Below, one piece after another: positions 37,472 through 46,740 of a stretch of DNA of 64,000 bases. The position numbers and the translations under genes were made by a program. The notes beneath the pieces were generated by a model. It was not told the DNA's origin. It saw only the letters and a list, made by a program, of their open reading frames with translations, and did not search any database. Numbering within the stretch: position 1 is the stretch's first letter; every line of letters starts with the position of its first letter. The stretch is taken from contig PFOM01000036.1 in assembly GCA_002792535.1 (NCBI GenBank), positions 11,936 to 75,935 on the forward strand. The letters run 5' to 3'. Source of the stretch: Candidatus Peregrinibacteria bacterium CG_4_10_14_0_2_um_filter_38_24. Lineage in GTDB: Bacteria; Patescibacteriota; Gracilibacteria; UBA1369; LOWO2-01-FULL-3.

Positions 37472-39307
37472 TTATTTTCCAATCAATGGAGGAAGAACTT
37501 TATCTCCATTCATTTTTACACCATATTCATCAGCATTATTCCTCTCATCACTTTTGGTCTCAGGAACAGCAGAAGTAGCGACAGGCATAGTATTATCATT
37601 GGAATCATCTGAAGAAACTTTCGCCACAGGAATAACTTTAGTCGCATCCGAAACAACCGGTACCTCAACATCTTTCACCCCAAGCGCCACAGTTTTAAGA
37701 TCACTTATTCCCTTATCGGTAGTCGTAACACTCTTCGCAAAATCAATATCACTAATAACTTTCTTAGTAAGTTTATCCTTAAACTCCTGCTCTGCAGGCA
37801 TATCCTGAATAACATTGATTACATCTTTCACATCATTTTTATACCCTTCAAAAGCTATATCAAAAGCCTCTTTATTTCCCTCAACAACAACTTCCTGCGC
37901 ATCAGAAAGTTTTCCCAAAGCATTGTCCATTTTTATTGCGACAAGATCCTCAGGCTTCAAATTTCCGGAAGTTTCAAGATCATCAAGTGTAACTTTTGCC
38001 GCATACAAAAGTGAATCCGGAAGAACAAGACTCAACCCTTTTTTCTGCGCCAAAATTTTATCCCCAACGTATTTATTAAGCTCTTCCGCATACTTCATAT
38101 CAGTACTGGAAACAACTCCTACAAACGTATAGAAATTCTTCACATCAACAGAAAATTTATCGAGAGCATCCTTCGCCTTAGCCTTTTCCTCCTCAGAAGA
38201 AGTAGCTGAAGAAAGCACCAATTGAGCCGTCACAAAATTTTTCTCAGAAAGATCTAGCTCTATTTTTTTCTGCTTCACATCATCAAAAGTCAAAAATAAA
38301 ATTGCATTTTCCTTTAATGAATTTCCAAAAGAAGCATTTTCCGCCTTAACTCCAACGCTTTCAACCTTTGCCGCCAAAAGCCTTTGTTCCGTATCAGCAA
38401 GATATTTTTTATCATCATTAAGATTCGTTGTAACCCAATCATCATTTTTTTCCGTATTACTTAAAACTCCAACACTTACTTTTTTATGATCATCCATTGT
38501 AACTTTTTGTCCACTCACAGCCTTATTCACAGAACTTCCGGAAATATCAACGACATGATTAAAAACCTGAACATCAGTTTTTTTATCATCAACTACAACA
38601 TCAAACGCCGCTTTCTTCGCCGTCACATAAAGCTGATTTGCCTCAACAGTAAAAGAAGAATGACTCTGCACAAGATTAAGAACTCGTGTCCAAAGTCTTC
38701 CCTCTTTTAAAGAAACTTCAACATAACTTCTCACTTTACTGTCATCAACCTTATCCAATTTATTCAAAACAACCACCGTATCATTTGCAAGCCTACTCAT
38801 ACTGTCATCAAAAAATTTAATAGCCGCATATCCATCGTCTCCCGTCACGACCTGATCCTTTTCCTCAAGTTTCATATTTTCAGAAACAGACAAAACTTTA
38901 CCATCTCTCAAAACAGAAACATAACCTTTATAAGAATTCAAAACAGTAAAACTATCGGCTCTCGCAACAGAAAAATCAAAAGTCATAAAACTAAAAACAG
39001 AGAAAGACATCAAAACTGCAAGCACTCCTGCAAAAACTTTTTTCTGCAAAGCAAAAAAATTTTCCCAGAAAAACCATTTCTGTTTTTTCTGAGTAATAAC
39101 AGCAAATACAGCTTCCTTAATCCTAACCGCATCATAAAAACTGACATGCGTGTTTGAGGCTGCCTTCCTTAGACTTTCCACGATTGGGTAGTCAAGGCGC
39201 ATAAAAATACGACCCTTGAGTCGAGCTTTAGCTCGAGCGTCTAAGGAAGGCACCGCAACTGCAGCGAGAATCTTCTCCACCCTGTCTGTTTCTTTTTCTG
39301 TTTCCAT
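37472..39307 (-). CDS. Putative anti-sigma factor with a FecR-like domain and a long extracytoplasmic region
   Basis: Lies directly downstream of the ECF sigma gene. Cytoplasmic N-terminus and one TM helix (VFAGVLAVLMSFSVFSFMTF). FecR-like segment YKGYVSVLRDGKVLSVSENMKLEEKDQVVTGDDGYAAIKFFDDS. Confidence 0.6.
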   Translation of the reverse strand: METEKETDRVEKILAAVAVPSLDARAKARLKGRIFMRLDYPIVESLRKAASNTHVSFYDAVRIKEAVFAVITQKKQKWFFWENFFALQKKVFAGVLAVLMSFSVFSFMTFDFSVARADSFTVLNSYKGYVSVLRDGKVLSVSENMKLEEKDQVVTGDDGYAAIKFFDDSMSRLANDTVVVLNKLDKVDDSKVRSYVEVSLKEGRLWTRVLNLVQSHSSFTVEANQLYVTAKKAAFDVVVDDKKTDVQVFNHVVDISGSSVNKAVSGQKVTMDDHKKVSVGVLSNTEKNDDWVTTNLNDDKKYLADTEQRLLAAKVESVGVKAENASFGNSLKENAILFLTFDDVKQKKIELDLSEKNFVTAQLVLSSATSSEEEKAKAKDALDKFSVDVKNFYTFVGVVSSTDMKYAEELNKYVGDKILAQKKGLSLVLPDSLLYAAKVTLDDLETSGNLKPEDLVAIKMDNALGKLSDAQEVVVEGNKEAFDIAFEGYKNDVKDVINVIQDMPAEQEFKDKLTKKVISDIDFAKSVTTTDKGISDLKTVALGVKDVEVPVVSDATKVIPVAKVSSDDSNDNTMPVATSAVPETKSDERNNADEYGVKMNGDKVLPPLIGK

Positions 39308-39344
39308 ACTAACCTTTCAAACGAATTAAAATTCCATTTGTTAC

Positions 39345-39926
39345 TCAAATCTCATAGTTAATGCCCATTTGCTCAAATTCTTGTTTTAAAGCCTTTAGCG
39401 CGCGGAATTGAAGGATTCTAACACTTCCCTCGCTTTGACCCAAAACCTCCGCAATTTCAGCATTCGATAAATCATTAATAAATTTATAAATCAAAATATC
39501 CTGATACCCTTTTTTTAGCCTACACAAAGCACTCCTCAAAACCTCTTGATCCAAATGTCTCTCAATTTTTCGCAAAGGATTGTGTTCCCTGTTCAAATCC
39601 GGGATTGAAACATCGATCTCCCCAACCATTCGATCTTTCGAAGCCCTGTAATAATCCACGACAACATTATGGGCAATCCTAAAAATCCACGAAGAAAAAT
39701 ACACATCTTTTTTGTCCTTATAACTTTGTATGTTTTCCCAAATTTTCAAAAAAACATTTTCCGTAATATCTTCCGCATCTTCATTCTTAACCCTATAAAA
39801 AACATACCGATAAATAGGATCGATAAAAATATCGTAAAGTTCAGAAAAAGCGTCATGACTGCCATTTTTCACTTCTGCAACCAACTCTTCAATTCTCTCT
39901 CGTTTTGAATTAATTTCATTCATCAA
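39345..39926 (-). CDS. ECF-type RNA polymerase sigma-70 factor
   Basis: Region 2 (FSELYDIFIDPIYRYVFYRV, SSWIFRIAHNVVVDYYR) and region 4 HTH (LSNAEIAEVLGQSEGSVRILQFRALKALK). Confidence 0.88.
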   Translation of the reverse strand: MMNEINSKRERIEELVAEVKNGSHDAFSELYDIFIDPIYRYVFYRVKNEDAEDITENVFLKIWENIQSYKDKKDVYFSSWIFRIAHNVVVDYYRASKDRMVGEIDVSIPDLNREHNPLRKIERHLDQEVLRSALCRLKKGYQDILIYKFINDLSNAEIAEVLGQSEGSVRILQFRALKALKQEFEQMGINYEI

Positions 39927-39955
39927 GCCCTAATTTTTTTAAAATCTGCCCTGTA

Positions 39956-40957
39956 TTATTTAAACCAACTTATCAAATCTTTTATTCTAGAAACATAACC
40001 CCACTCATTATCATACCACGAAATAACTTTGATTTTGTTACCCATCAAAACCTTCGTACTAAGTAAATCAACAATCGAAGAACGGCTATCTCCTCTGAAA
40101 TCCACAGAAACAAGCTCTTCATCCGTCGTCCCCAAAATACCTTTCATTTCTCCATTTTCATATTTTTTAAACATTTCATTTACCTCCTCCACAGTGACGG
40201 TCTTTCCAAGATCAGCCACCAAATCAATACAGGAGACCGTAGGAACAGGCACACGGAAAGCCATTCCATCGACTTTGCCTTCAAGAGACGGAATCACTCG
40301 TGAAATCGCTTTCATCGCACCGGTCGTCGTAGGAATTATCGATTCAGTCGTCGCGCGAGACCTTCTGAAATCTTCAGGATTTGAATTATCCAGCAAGTTC
40401 TGCGTAAAAGTAAACGCATGAATAGTCGTAACCAAAGAATAATTAACACCAAATTCTTTATTCAAAACTTCCAGCACCGGCGCAAGACAATTTGTCGTGC
40501 ATGAAGCATTTGAAACCACTTTAAAATCAGCAGGATTATAATTTTTTTCATTCACTCCGATAACAATATTTGGAATTTCCTTTTCCTTGCAAGGCGCAGT
40601 AACAAGCACTTTTTTCGCTCCAGCCTGTAGATGTTTTTCAGCATCGGCCATTGTCGTGAAATTTCCCGTAGATTCTATAACAATATCAATATCATGCTTC
40701 GCCCATGGAGTCTCCGCAGGATCTTTTATCTGATAGACATAAGTTTTTTTGCCATTAACAACCATATCATTCCCATCAACTTTGATATCCGCATCACAAA
40801 TGCCATACAAAGAATCGTGCTTCAAAAGATAAGCATGAGAACTTGCATCAGACCTCGAATTTATCGCGGTAACCTCCATATCATCTCGTCCGATAATCTG
40901 TCTATGAAGATCTCTACCGATTCTTCCATATCCATTGATAGCAATTTTGATAGGCAT
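39956..40957 (-). CDS. gap: Glyceraldehyde-3-phosphate dehydrogenase, divergent paralog (GapB-like, possibly NADP-preferring)
   Basis: INGYGRIGR, catalytic SNASCTTNCLAP, WYDNEWGY. The cofactor-determining position reads AINSRSD instead of AIND. Confidence 0.93.
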   Translation of the reverse strand: MPIKIAINGYGRIGRDLHRQIIGRDDMEVTAINSRSDASSHAYLLKHDSLYGICDADIKVDGNDMVVNGKKTYVYQIKDPAETPWAKHDIDIVIESTGNFTTMADAEKHLQAGAKKVLVTAPCKEKEIPNIVIGVNEKNYNPADFKVVSNASCTTNCLAPVLEVLNKEFGVNYSLVTTIHAFTFTQNLLDNSNPEDFRRSRATTESIIPTTTGAMKAISRVIPSLEGKVDGMAFRVPVPTVSCIDLVADLGKTVTVEEVNEMFKKYENGEMKGILGTTDEELVSVDFRGDSRSSIVDLLSTKVLMGNKIKVISWYDNEWGYVSRIKDLISWFK

Positions 40958-40999
40958 TTTAGATTTTTTTGTTAAAAAATTAATTAATAATTAAAACGT

Positions 41000-41926
41000 T
41001 TATTTTGCGCTGTCATCAAGTAATTTTTGAAATTTCTCGACCATTTTTACAGCTTCATTTTTTGGTCTCTTCCAAACATTTCTTCCAAAAATAAAACCAA
41101 AAGTATTCGCATCGATACATGCATTTGCATTTTCAATCAGATCATTATCACCGATTTCAGAACCTCCTGAAAAAAGCACAGGCACGCCCTGCGCGGCTTC
41201 AACAACACGTTTCGCACGTTCCCATTTTTGTTCTTTTGGAGAAAGTTCCTGCAATTTTTTTTCAAGTTTTCGATAATATTCAGGAATTCCGGGATTTTCA
41301 AAAAAGTCAGCTTTTGCCGCAACAGGCAAATTTGCTTTGATGATTGTCGCACCCATTTCCATCGCCATTCGAACAGCAGATTCGATAGCATAACTGCTTT
41401 CTTTTCCGCCTTTCGCCTCGATCGCACTTCCTCTTGGATAAGCCCAAACAATCAAAGGAAGATCAGCTTTTTCGCATTCTCTTCGTACATTTGCCAATTG
41501 TGGTAAATCCTCATCTTGCCTTGGTGATCCATAAAACATCGTATACCCTACCGCACTCGCACCAAGTTTTTCCGCATCATCCACAAAAGAAGTATGCACA
41601 GAAAGCGCATTATCTTGAGAAGGAATCGAAGTTTTTCCATTCACTTTTAGTATAAGCGGCATTTGTCCCGCATATTTTATCCAATATCTTTTCGCCACAC
41701 CATAGTGAAAAACCACAGCATTGCATCCGCTTTCCATCGCAAGTTTGATAATATAATCCGGATTTCCAGCCTCAGGATTAGGATCAATATGGCGATTATC
41801 ATGTTCAATAAACTGATCATACGGAAGAATGATGGTCTTCCCGCTTTCACGCACAACCTCCTTTACATGCGAAAGTTCTCCAACCGAATAATGCAGATTT
41901 TGAAAAAAACTTAAAGATTTGTCCAT
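41000..41926 (-). CDS. Class I fructose-bisphosphate aldolase, DhnA/FbaB (archaeal IA) type
   Basis: TIM-barrel aldolase pattern with Schiff-base lysine context EMGATIIKANLP, GASAVGYTMFYGS and VLFSGGSE. The ATG at 41926 (MDKSLSFF) is preferred to 41962. Confidence 0.8.
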   Translation of the reverse strand: MDKSLSFFQNLHYSVGELSHVKEVVRESGKTIILPYDQFIEHDNRHIDPNPEAGNPDYIIKLAMESGCNAVVFHYGVAKRYWIKYAGQMPLILKVNGKTSIPSQDNALSVHTSFVDDAEKLGASAVGYTMFYGSPRQDEDLPQLANVRRECEKADLPLIVWAYPRGSAIEAKGGKESSYAIESAVRMAMEMGATIIKANLPVAAKADFFENPGIPEYYRKLEKKLQELSPKEQKWERAKRVVEAAQGVPVLFSGGSEIGDNDLIENANACIDANTFGFIFGRNVWKRPKNEAVKMVEKFQKLLDDSAK

Positions 41927-41996
41927 ATTTGTAAAAATTAAATGCCCTTTAACGAAAAGCACTTTAGCACAAAATGAAGGTTTTTAAAACAAATTT

Positions 41997-42359
41997 TTAC
42001 CTACTCGCAATAGAAGTCTCACCGCTCAAATAAACCACAGTTTTTGGATTTCGCATCTTTGCAACACGAGGAAGATCTTGGATGTGGCGCAAAGAACGTG
42101 AATCTGAAAGCCGCATGTCCATCTGTTCACCACTTTTGATTAGAACCTGATGAGAATCCTCAAGTGAATTCAAAAGATACCCTTTTGTGACCTGTCTTGT
42201 GGAGAAAACAAGCGTAATCACCGTCACCAACACCACAAAAGAAATAAGAGAAAACATCAGGAAAAATGACCCAAACTCAACGTTTGGGAAAAATTTTGTT
42301 AAAAGGTTTTTTATGCCTGATCGATATGGTGTGCCTCTTGAGAGGATAAGTTGTGACAT
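41997..42359 (-). CDS. FtsL-like cell division membrane protein (assigned by position)
   Basis: A 120-aa bitopic protein (TM FFLMFSLISFVVLVTVITLVF), 27 nt downstream of rsmH. This is the conserved slot for ftsL. Sequence similarity cannot be judged by eye. Confidence 0.5.
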   Translation of the reverse strand: MSQLILSRGTPYRSGIKNLLTKFFPNVEFGSFFLMFSLISFVVLVTVITLVFSTRQVTKGYLLNSLEDSHQVLIKSGEQMDMRLSDSRSLRHIQDLPRVAKMRNPKTVVYLSGETSIASR

Positions 42360-42386
42360 TTTTTAGGAATTTAATATTTTTGTAAG

Positions 42387-43364
42387 TTAGCTTTGAGGAA
42401 GCTCTCTCACCTTCTTGTAGACTCGCAGTTTTGCGCTTCTACTTCGCCTATTCTGTTCTATTTCTTCATCTGTCGGGACTATCGGTTTTCGTATAATTGG
42501 TTCAAAAATGCTGTCACCGTGGTTTCTGTAAATTGATTCTTCCATTGTCACTTCAGGCTGTTCCAATTTTTTAAAGAATTGCTTCGTAATACGATCTTCA
42601 AGCGAATGATATGAAATCACAGCAATCCGACCACCAATGTTTAGCATTTCCACCGCCTGATCGAGTGCATCAGACAAAGCCTTAAGTTCATCATTCACAG
42701 CTATTCTAAGCGCCTGAAAAACTCTCGTAGCAGGATGAATTTTCTCCCTCCATCTCTTTCCAACTCCACCGCAGACCGCCACCTCAATGAAAGTCGCTAA
42801 CTGCAATGTAGAAGTGAATTTTTCAGTTTTCCTGTGAGTACAAATCTCTCTCGCAATCTTTCGAGCATATTTTTCCTCGCCATATTCGTAAAAAATCTTC
42901 ATAAGATCTTCCTCTTTCCATTCATTCACCACTTTTTCAGCAGTAAGTGAACCGCGCTCATCAAATCTCATATCGAGATGCCCATCATTCAAGAAAGAAA
43001 ATCCTCTATTTGAATCGTCTATATGTGGCGAACTCAAGCCCAAATCAAACAAAATCGCATCTATTTTTTTGATTCCAATTCCGATAATCCTTTTTTTCAA
43101 GTAACGAAAATTGTCGCTAACGTAGAAAACATTTTTAACTTCACCTTTCGAAAACTCTTTTATCCTTTTCTTCGCTTCAATAAGATTCCTTTCATCTTGT
43201 TCAAATGCTACAAGTTTGCCGGTTTTCCCAACATTTTTCAGTAACATCATCGCATGTCCACCAAGTCCAAGAGTTGCATCCACCACAATTTCACCTTTCT
43301 TTAAATCCAGTAGCTTTTCGACATCATTTTTTAACACAGATACATGGCTGAATTTTGGCTTCAT
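42387..43364 (-). CDS. rsmH: 16S rRNA (cytosine1402-N4)-methyltransferase
   Basis: HVSVLKNDV, DATLGLGGHA, FDLGLSSPHIDD, ISYHSLEDR. Confidence 0.93.
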   Translation of the reverse strand: MKPKFSHVSVLKNDVEKLLDLKKGEIVVDATLGLGGHAMMLLKNVGKTGKLVAFEQDERNLIEAKKRIKEFSKGEVKNVFYVSDNFRYLKKRIIGIGIKKIDAILFDLGLSSPHIDDSNRGFSFLNDGHLDMRFDERGSLTAEKVVNEWKEEDLMKIFYEYGEEKYARKIAREICTHRKTEKFTSTLQLATFIEVAVCGGVGKRWREKIHPATRVFQALRIAVNDELKALSDALDQAVEMLNIGGRIAVISYHSLEDRITKQFFKKLEQPEVTMEESIYRNHGDSIFEPIIRKPIVPTDEEIEQNRRSRSAKLRVYKKVRELPQS

Positions 43365-43455
43365 ATAAAGGAATTCTCAATGTACTAATTAAATCTCTTG
43401 TTCAAAACTTGTGCACAGCGCGTGTATAACTTTTTTACACTCCATTTCTTTCAAG

Positions 43456-43484
43456 ATAATAGGAGTAATCTCGCATACAGTCAA
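43456..43484 (-). promoter_or_regulatory. Candidate promoter for rsmH (TTGACT-N17-TATTAT on the minus strand)
   Basis: Reverse complement of 43479-43484 is TTGACT and of 43456-43461 is TATTAT. About 90 nt upstream of the rsmH ATG. Confidence 0.3.
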
Positions 43485-43703
43485 CAAAACATAACAAAAG
43501 GGTTCAATAAAACTGAACAATGACCGCTAATTACATGCCAAACAGCGCACAGACAAGCCAAACCTACCCCTTGTAAAATAATATTGAACAAAGTCTAATC
43601 TATTGCGTAACTTTTTTGATCATAAAAGTTTTTTCAAAAAACCGTTTAACATCCCGCCATAAAAAATATAGAATAAAAAACGAGCAAATCTTAAAAAATC
43701 ATA

Positions 43704-44174
43704 ATGCCTCCAGAGATAATAGTATTTTTCGCCGCAATGACTCCATTCGTGGATATCAAATTCTCGATTCCTTTAGGTATGAAACTCGGACTTACAGGAC
43801 TAAGCTCAGCACTTTTCTCCATAGCCGGATCAATGACCCTTTGCGCAATAATCTTGGCCTTACTTGGCCCTATATCGAGATTCGCGATGAAAAAATCCAA
43901 ATTCCTAAATAAATATTTTACAAAATTATTCGACACGACAAGAAGCGCTCACGCAGAAAAAATCAGCAAATACGGTATAATCTTCCTTCCCGTCTTTATA
44001 GCAATACCATTCCCGGGTAGCGGCATTATGGGAGGCTCCATCCTAGCCTTCATTTTCGGCATAGAATACTTCAAAAGCCTCGCACTGATATTCATGGGCA
44101 CCGCAATTCCAGCAATAGTAATAACCCTCGGAAGCAAATCCGTGTTTATGATAATCCGACATTTCAGGTACTAA
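43704..44174 (+). CDS. Small multidrug export protein family membrane protein (Sm_multidrug_ex-like)
   Basis: A 156-aa four-TM protein with TPFVDIKFSIPLGMKLGL and IAIPFPGSGIMGGSILAFIFG, as in this family. Confidence 0.7.
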   Translation: MPPEIIVFFAAMTPFVDIKFSIPLGMKLGLTGLSSALFSIAGSMTLCAIILALLGPISRFAMKKSKFLNKYFTKLFDTTRSAHAEKISKYGIIFLPVFIAIPFPGSGIMGGSILAFIFGIEYFKSLALIFMGTAIPAIVITLGSKSVFMIIRHFRY

Positions 44175-44184
44175 ACCACGTGCA

Positions 44185-44775
44185 TCAGATAAAAATCTCC
44201 CCCTGCCGCAAAACCGTCACTCTGTCCCCCTCAATCTTCACCACCGTAGATGGCTTATTTAAAGGAATTTTTCCACCATCAACCACAAAATCAATCAAAT
44301 CTTTTAAATTACCTCCACCAAGAACAGGCGCGTCAAATTTTGCCATATCAACCTCGTACATCACACTCTCCCCCGCCAAATTCGCACTCGTCGTAACAAT
44401 AGGCCTTCCCAAAGCCTTCACCAAATCCGTCGAAAATTTATCAGATGAAACTCTCATTGAAACAAATTTCTCACCAACATTCAAAAACTTAGGCAATTTT
44501 TCTCTACGAGGAACAACAATAGAAAGCGCCCCGGGCCAAAACCTACTCGCCAAACCCAAAGCCCTGTCACCAAAAACCCCATACTCCTTCGCCATTTCAA
44601 TATCAAAAACCAAAATTGCCAAAGGTTTTCCTTTCTCCCGCCCCTTTATTTCATAAATTTTAGCCAACGCAGATTCACTAAAAACATCGCACGCCAAACC
44701 ATAGCAAGTTTCAGTCGGATGCATTATCACGCCATTAGCCTGCAAAATCTCCAAAGCCTTTTCAAAATCATTCAT
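44185..44775 (-). CDS. tsaC: L-threonylcarbamoyladenylate synthase (YrdC/TsaC type)
   Basis: HPTETCYGLACD, KGREKGKPLAILV, TTSANLAGE, NKPSTVV. The ATG at 44775 (MNDFEKALEIL) is preferred to 44808. Confidence 0.88.
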   Translation of the reverse strand: MNDFEKALEILQANGVIMHPTETCYGLACDVFSESALAKIYEIKGREKGKPLAILVFDIEMAKEYGVFGDRALGLASRFWPGALSIVVPRREKLPKFLNVGEKFVSMRVSSDKFSTDLVKALGRPIVTTSANLAGESVMYEVDMAKFDAPVLGGGNLKDLIDFVVDGGKIPLNKPSTVVKIEGDRVTVLRQGEIFI

Positions 44776-44892
44776 AAATTTAAATTTATTTACACGCACA
44801 GTACACAATACTTTAATCCATCGTCAAGCAGACTTGCCTTCAAAGCTTCTCCGAACAACTCTATACTTCAAAAAAATTAACCCCTCAAAAAA

Positions 44893-45894
44893 ATGTTAAA
44901 AGTTGCAATAAACGGATTCGGAAGAATCGGAAGACAAATTTTCCACATAAACTCTGAAAAAAAATATTTCGAAGTAGTCGCGATAAATGACCTCACAGAC
45001 TCAAAAACCCTTGCTCACCTACTCAAATATGATTCAAATTACGGAATTGCAAAACAAGAAATTTCCGCAACAGAATCAGAAATAATCATAGACGGAAAAG
45101 CAGTAAAAATCTTCAAAGAAATGGATCCTGAACGCTTGCCATGGAAAGACCTCGGCATTGATTTGGTCATCGAATCCACAGGCGCATTCACGAAAAAAGA
45201 AGGCGCAAAAAAACACCTAAAAGCAGGTGCGAAAAAAGTCATTGTAACCGCTCCGGGCACAGACCTTGATCTCACTATCGTCCTTGGAGTAAACGAAAAC
45301 GAATACGACTCAAGCAAACACAACCTCGTTTCAAACGCATCATGTACGACAAACTGCCTCGCGCCAGTTGTAAAAATCATAAACGATAATTTCGGAATAG
45401 TAAAAGGCTCAATGACAACAATTCATTCATACACAAACGATCAAAGAATCCTTGATTTGCCTCACAAAGATTTACGACGAGCGCGCTCCGCAGGCCAATC
45501 CATCATCCCGACAACAACAGGCGCCGCAAAAGCAATCGGCTTGGTAATCCCGGAACTAGACGGGAGATTAAATGGAGTTTCAATAAGAGTCCCTACTCCC
45601 ACAGTTTCAATCGTCGATTTAGTTTGTGAGACTAAAAAAGACACGACAGTCGAAGAAGTAAACACCGCTCTCAAAAAAGCCGCAGAAACGTCAATGAAAA
45701 ACATCTTGGGCTACACAGAACTTCCACTCGTTTCAATAGACTTCAGAGGCAACCCACTTTCCTCAATAGTCGATTCCCTCTCCACACAAGTCATGGAAAA
45801 AAATCTCGTAAAAGTCCTCTCATGGTACGACAACGAATGGGGCTACAGCAACAGAGTTGTAGATTTGGTGAAATTTATGGGAGAGAAGATGTAA
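44893..45894 (+). CDS. gap: Glyceraldehyde-3-phosphate dehydrogenase, canonical NAD-type
   Basis: INGFGRIGR, VVAINDLTD (Asp at the NAD-ribose position), SNASCTTNCLAPV, YTNDQRILD, WYDNEWGYS. Confidence 0.95.
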   Translation: MLKVAINGFGRIGRQIFHINSEKKYFEVVAINDLTDSKTLAHLLKYDSNYGIAKQEISATESEIIIDGKAVKIFKEMDPERLPWKDLGIDLVIESTGAFTKKEGAKKHLKAGAKKVIVTAPGTDLDLTIVLGVNENEYDSSKHNLVSNASCTTNCLAPVVKIINDNFGIVKGSMTTIHSYTNDQRILDLPHKDLRRARSAGQSIIPTTTGAAKAIGLVIPELDGRLNGVSIRVPTPTVSIVDLVCETKKDTTVEEVNTALKKAAETSMKNILGYTELPLVSIDFRGNPLSSIVDSLSTQVMEKNLVKVLSWYDNEWGYSNRVVDLVKFMGEKM

Positions 45895-45912
45895 AAACTT
45901 CACATTAATCGA

Positions 45913-45941
45913 TTGACTTTCCGCTCAAGAATTGCTAAGAT
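45913..45941 (+). promoter_or_regulatory. Candidate promoter for the HTH-GHKL/DUF4325 pair (TTGACT-N17-TAAGAT)
   Basis: Hexamers at 45913-45918 and 45936-45941. Followed by short repeats (AGATTTTAG twice, and TAGTA-N5-TACTA) before the ATG at 45978. Confidence 0.3.
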
Positions 45942-45977
45942 TTTAGTAGGTTTTACTAGATTTTAGCAGATTACGTA

Positions 45978-46730
45978 ATGACAGAACAAAAAATGTTATC
46001 CATAGGTGAAACAGCAAAAATACTCGGAGTATCGATTGAAAATCTCAGGAATTGGGATAAAAACGGCATACTTCCATCTTTTCGCCCATCTCCATCAAGC
46101 AAACGCTATTATCGCCGAGAAGATATAGAAAATTTCTTAAAAAAAGACACCAAAATCGAAGAGGAAAACATCGCAAACTTGGCAAAAGAATGGGCAATAA
46201 GTAAGACTCCAGCCTCAATCCCAGCATCTTTTTATTGTGAGACCAATGACGTTTTTTCCGCCCGCTTGCAAAGTTTGAGCATACTACTTGAACGCTTACC
46301 GGAACTAAAAGAAATTTTTCCTTTGATCATCGCAATCATAGGAGAAATTGGAAACAACTCATACAATCATAACATCGGCAATTGGCCGGATGTACCGGGA
46401 ATTTTTTTTACCTACAGTCTTGATAAACGCCAAATAATCCTTGCTGACCGCGGACGGGGAATTTTAAAAACATTGCAACGCGTCGTACCAAACCTTAAAA
46501 CAGACAAAGAAGCACTCAATATAGCATTTACAAAATACATTTCCGGTCGCGCACCGGAAAATCGAGGAAATGGCTTAAAATTCGTCAAAGATGTAATCTC
46601 CGAAAATCCATTCCGGCTACAATTTTACACAGGAAACGCCGAAACGGAACTCAAGCAAAACACAACCAAATTAAATATCAAAACTCTGGATACAAAATTC
46701 CACGGATGCATCGCAATAATTCAATATTAA
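45978..46730 (+). CDS. MerR-type HTH domain fused to an RsbW/SpoIIAB-like GHKL (histidine-kinase-like) ATPase domain
   Basis: N-terminal HTH MLSIGETAKILGVSIENLRNWDKNGILPSFRPSPSSKRYYRREDIENFL. The C-terminal domain has an N-box-like GEIGNNSYNHN, a G1-like LADRGRGI and a G2-like ENRGNGLKFV. Confidence 0.65.
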   Translation: MTEQKMLSIGETAKILGVSIENLRNWDKNGILPSFRPSPSSKRYYRREDIENFLKKDTKIEEENIANLAKEWAISKTPASIPASFYCETNDVFSARLQSLSILLERLPELKEIFPLIIAIIGEIGNNSYNHNIGNWPDVPGIFFTYSLDKRQIILADRGRGILKTLQRVVPNLKTDKEALNIAFTKYISGRAPENRGNGLKFVKDVISENPFRLQFYTGNAETELKQNTTKLNIKTLDTKFHGCIAIIQY

Positions 46731-46740
46731 CCCTCTCAAT

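Noticed and set aside
43365-43703. mraZ gene or a structured RNA in the 339-nt gap upstream of rsmH
   Set aside because: There is no ORF of useful length on the minus strand and no obvious extended helices by eye. It is best explained as divergent promoter space, but this is not excluded without a covariance-model scan.
44180-44656. 158-aa plus-strand ORF
   Set aside because: It is an antisense shadow of the well-supported tsaC gene (44185-44775, minus strand). The translation has no recognisable family.
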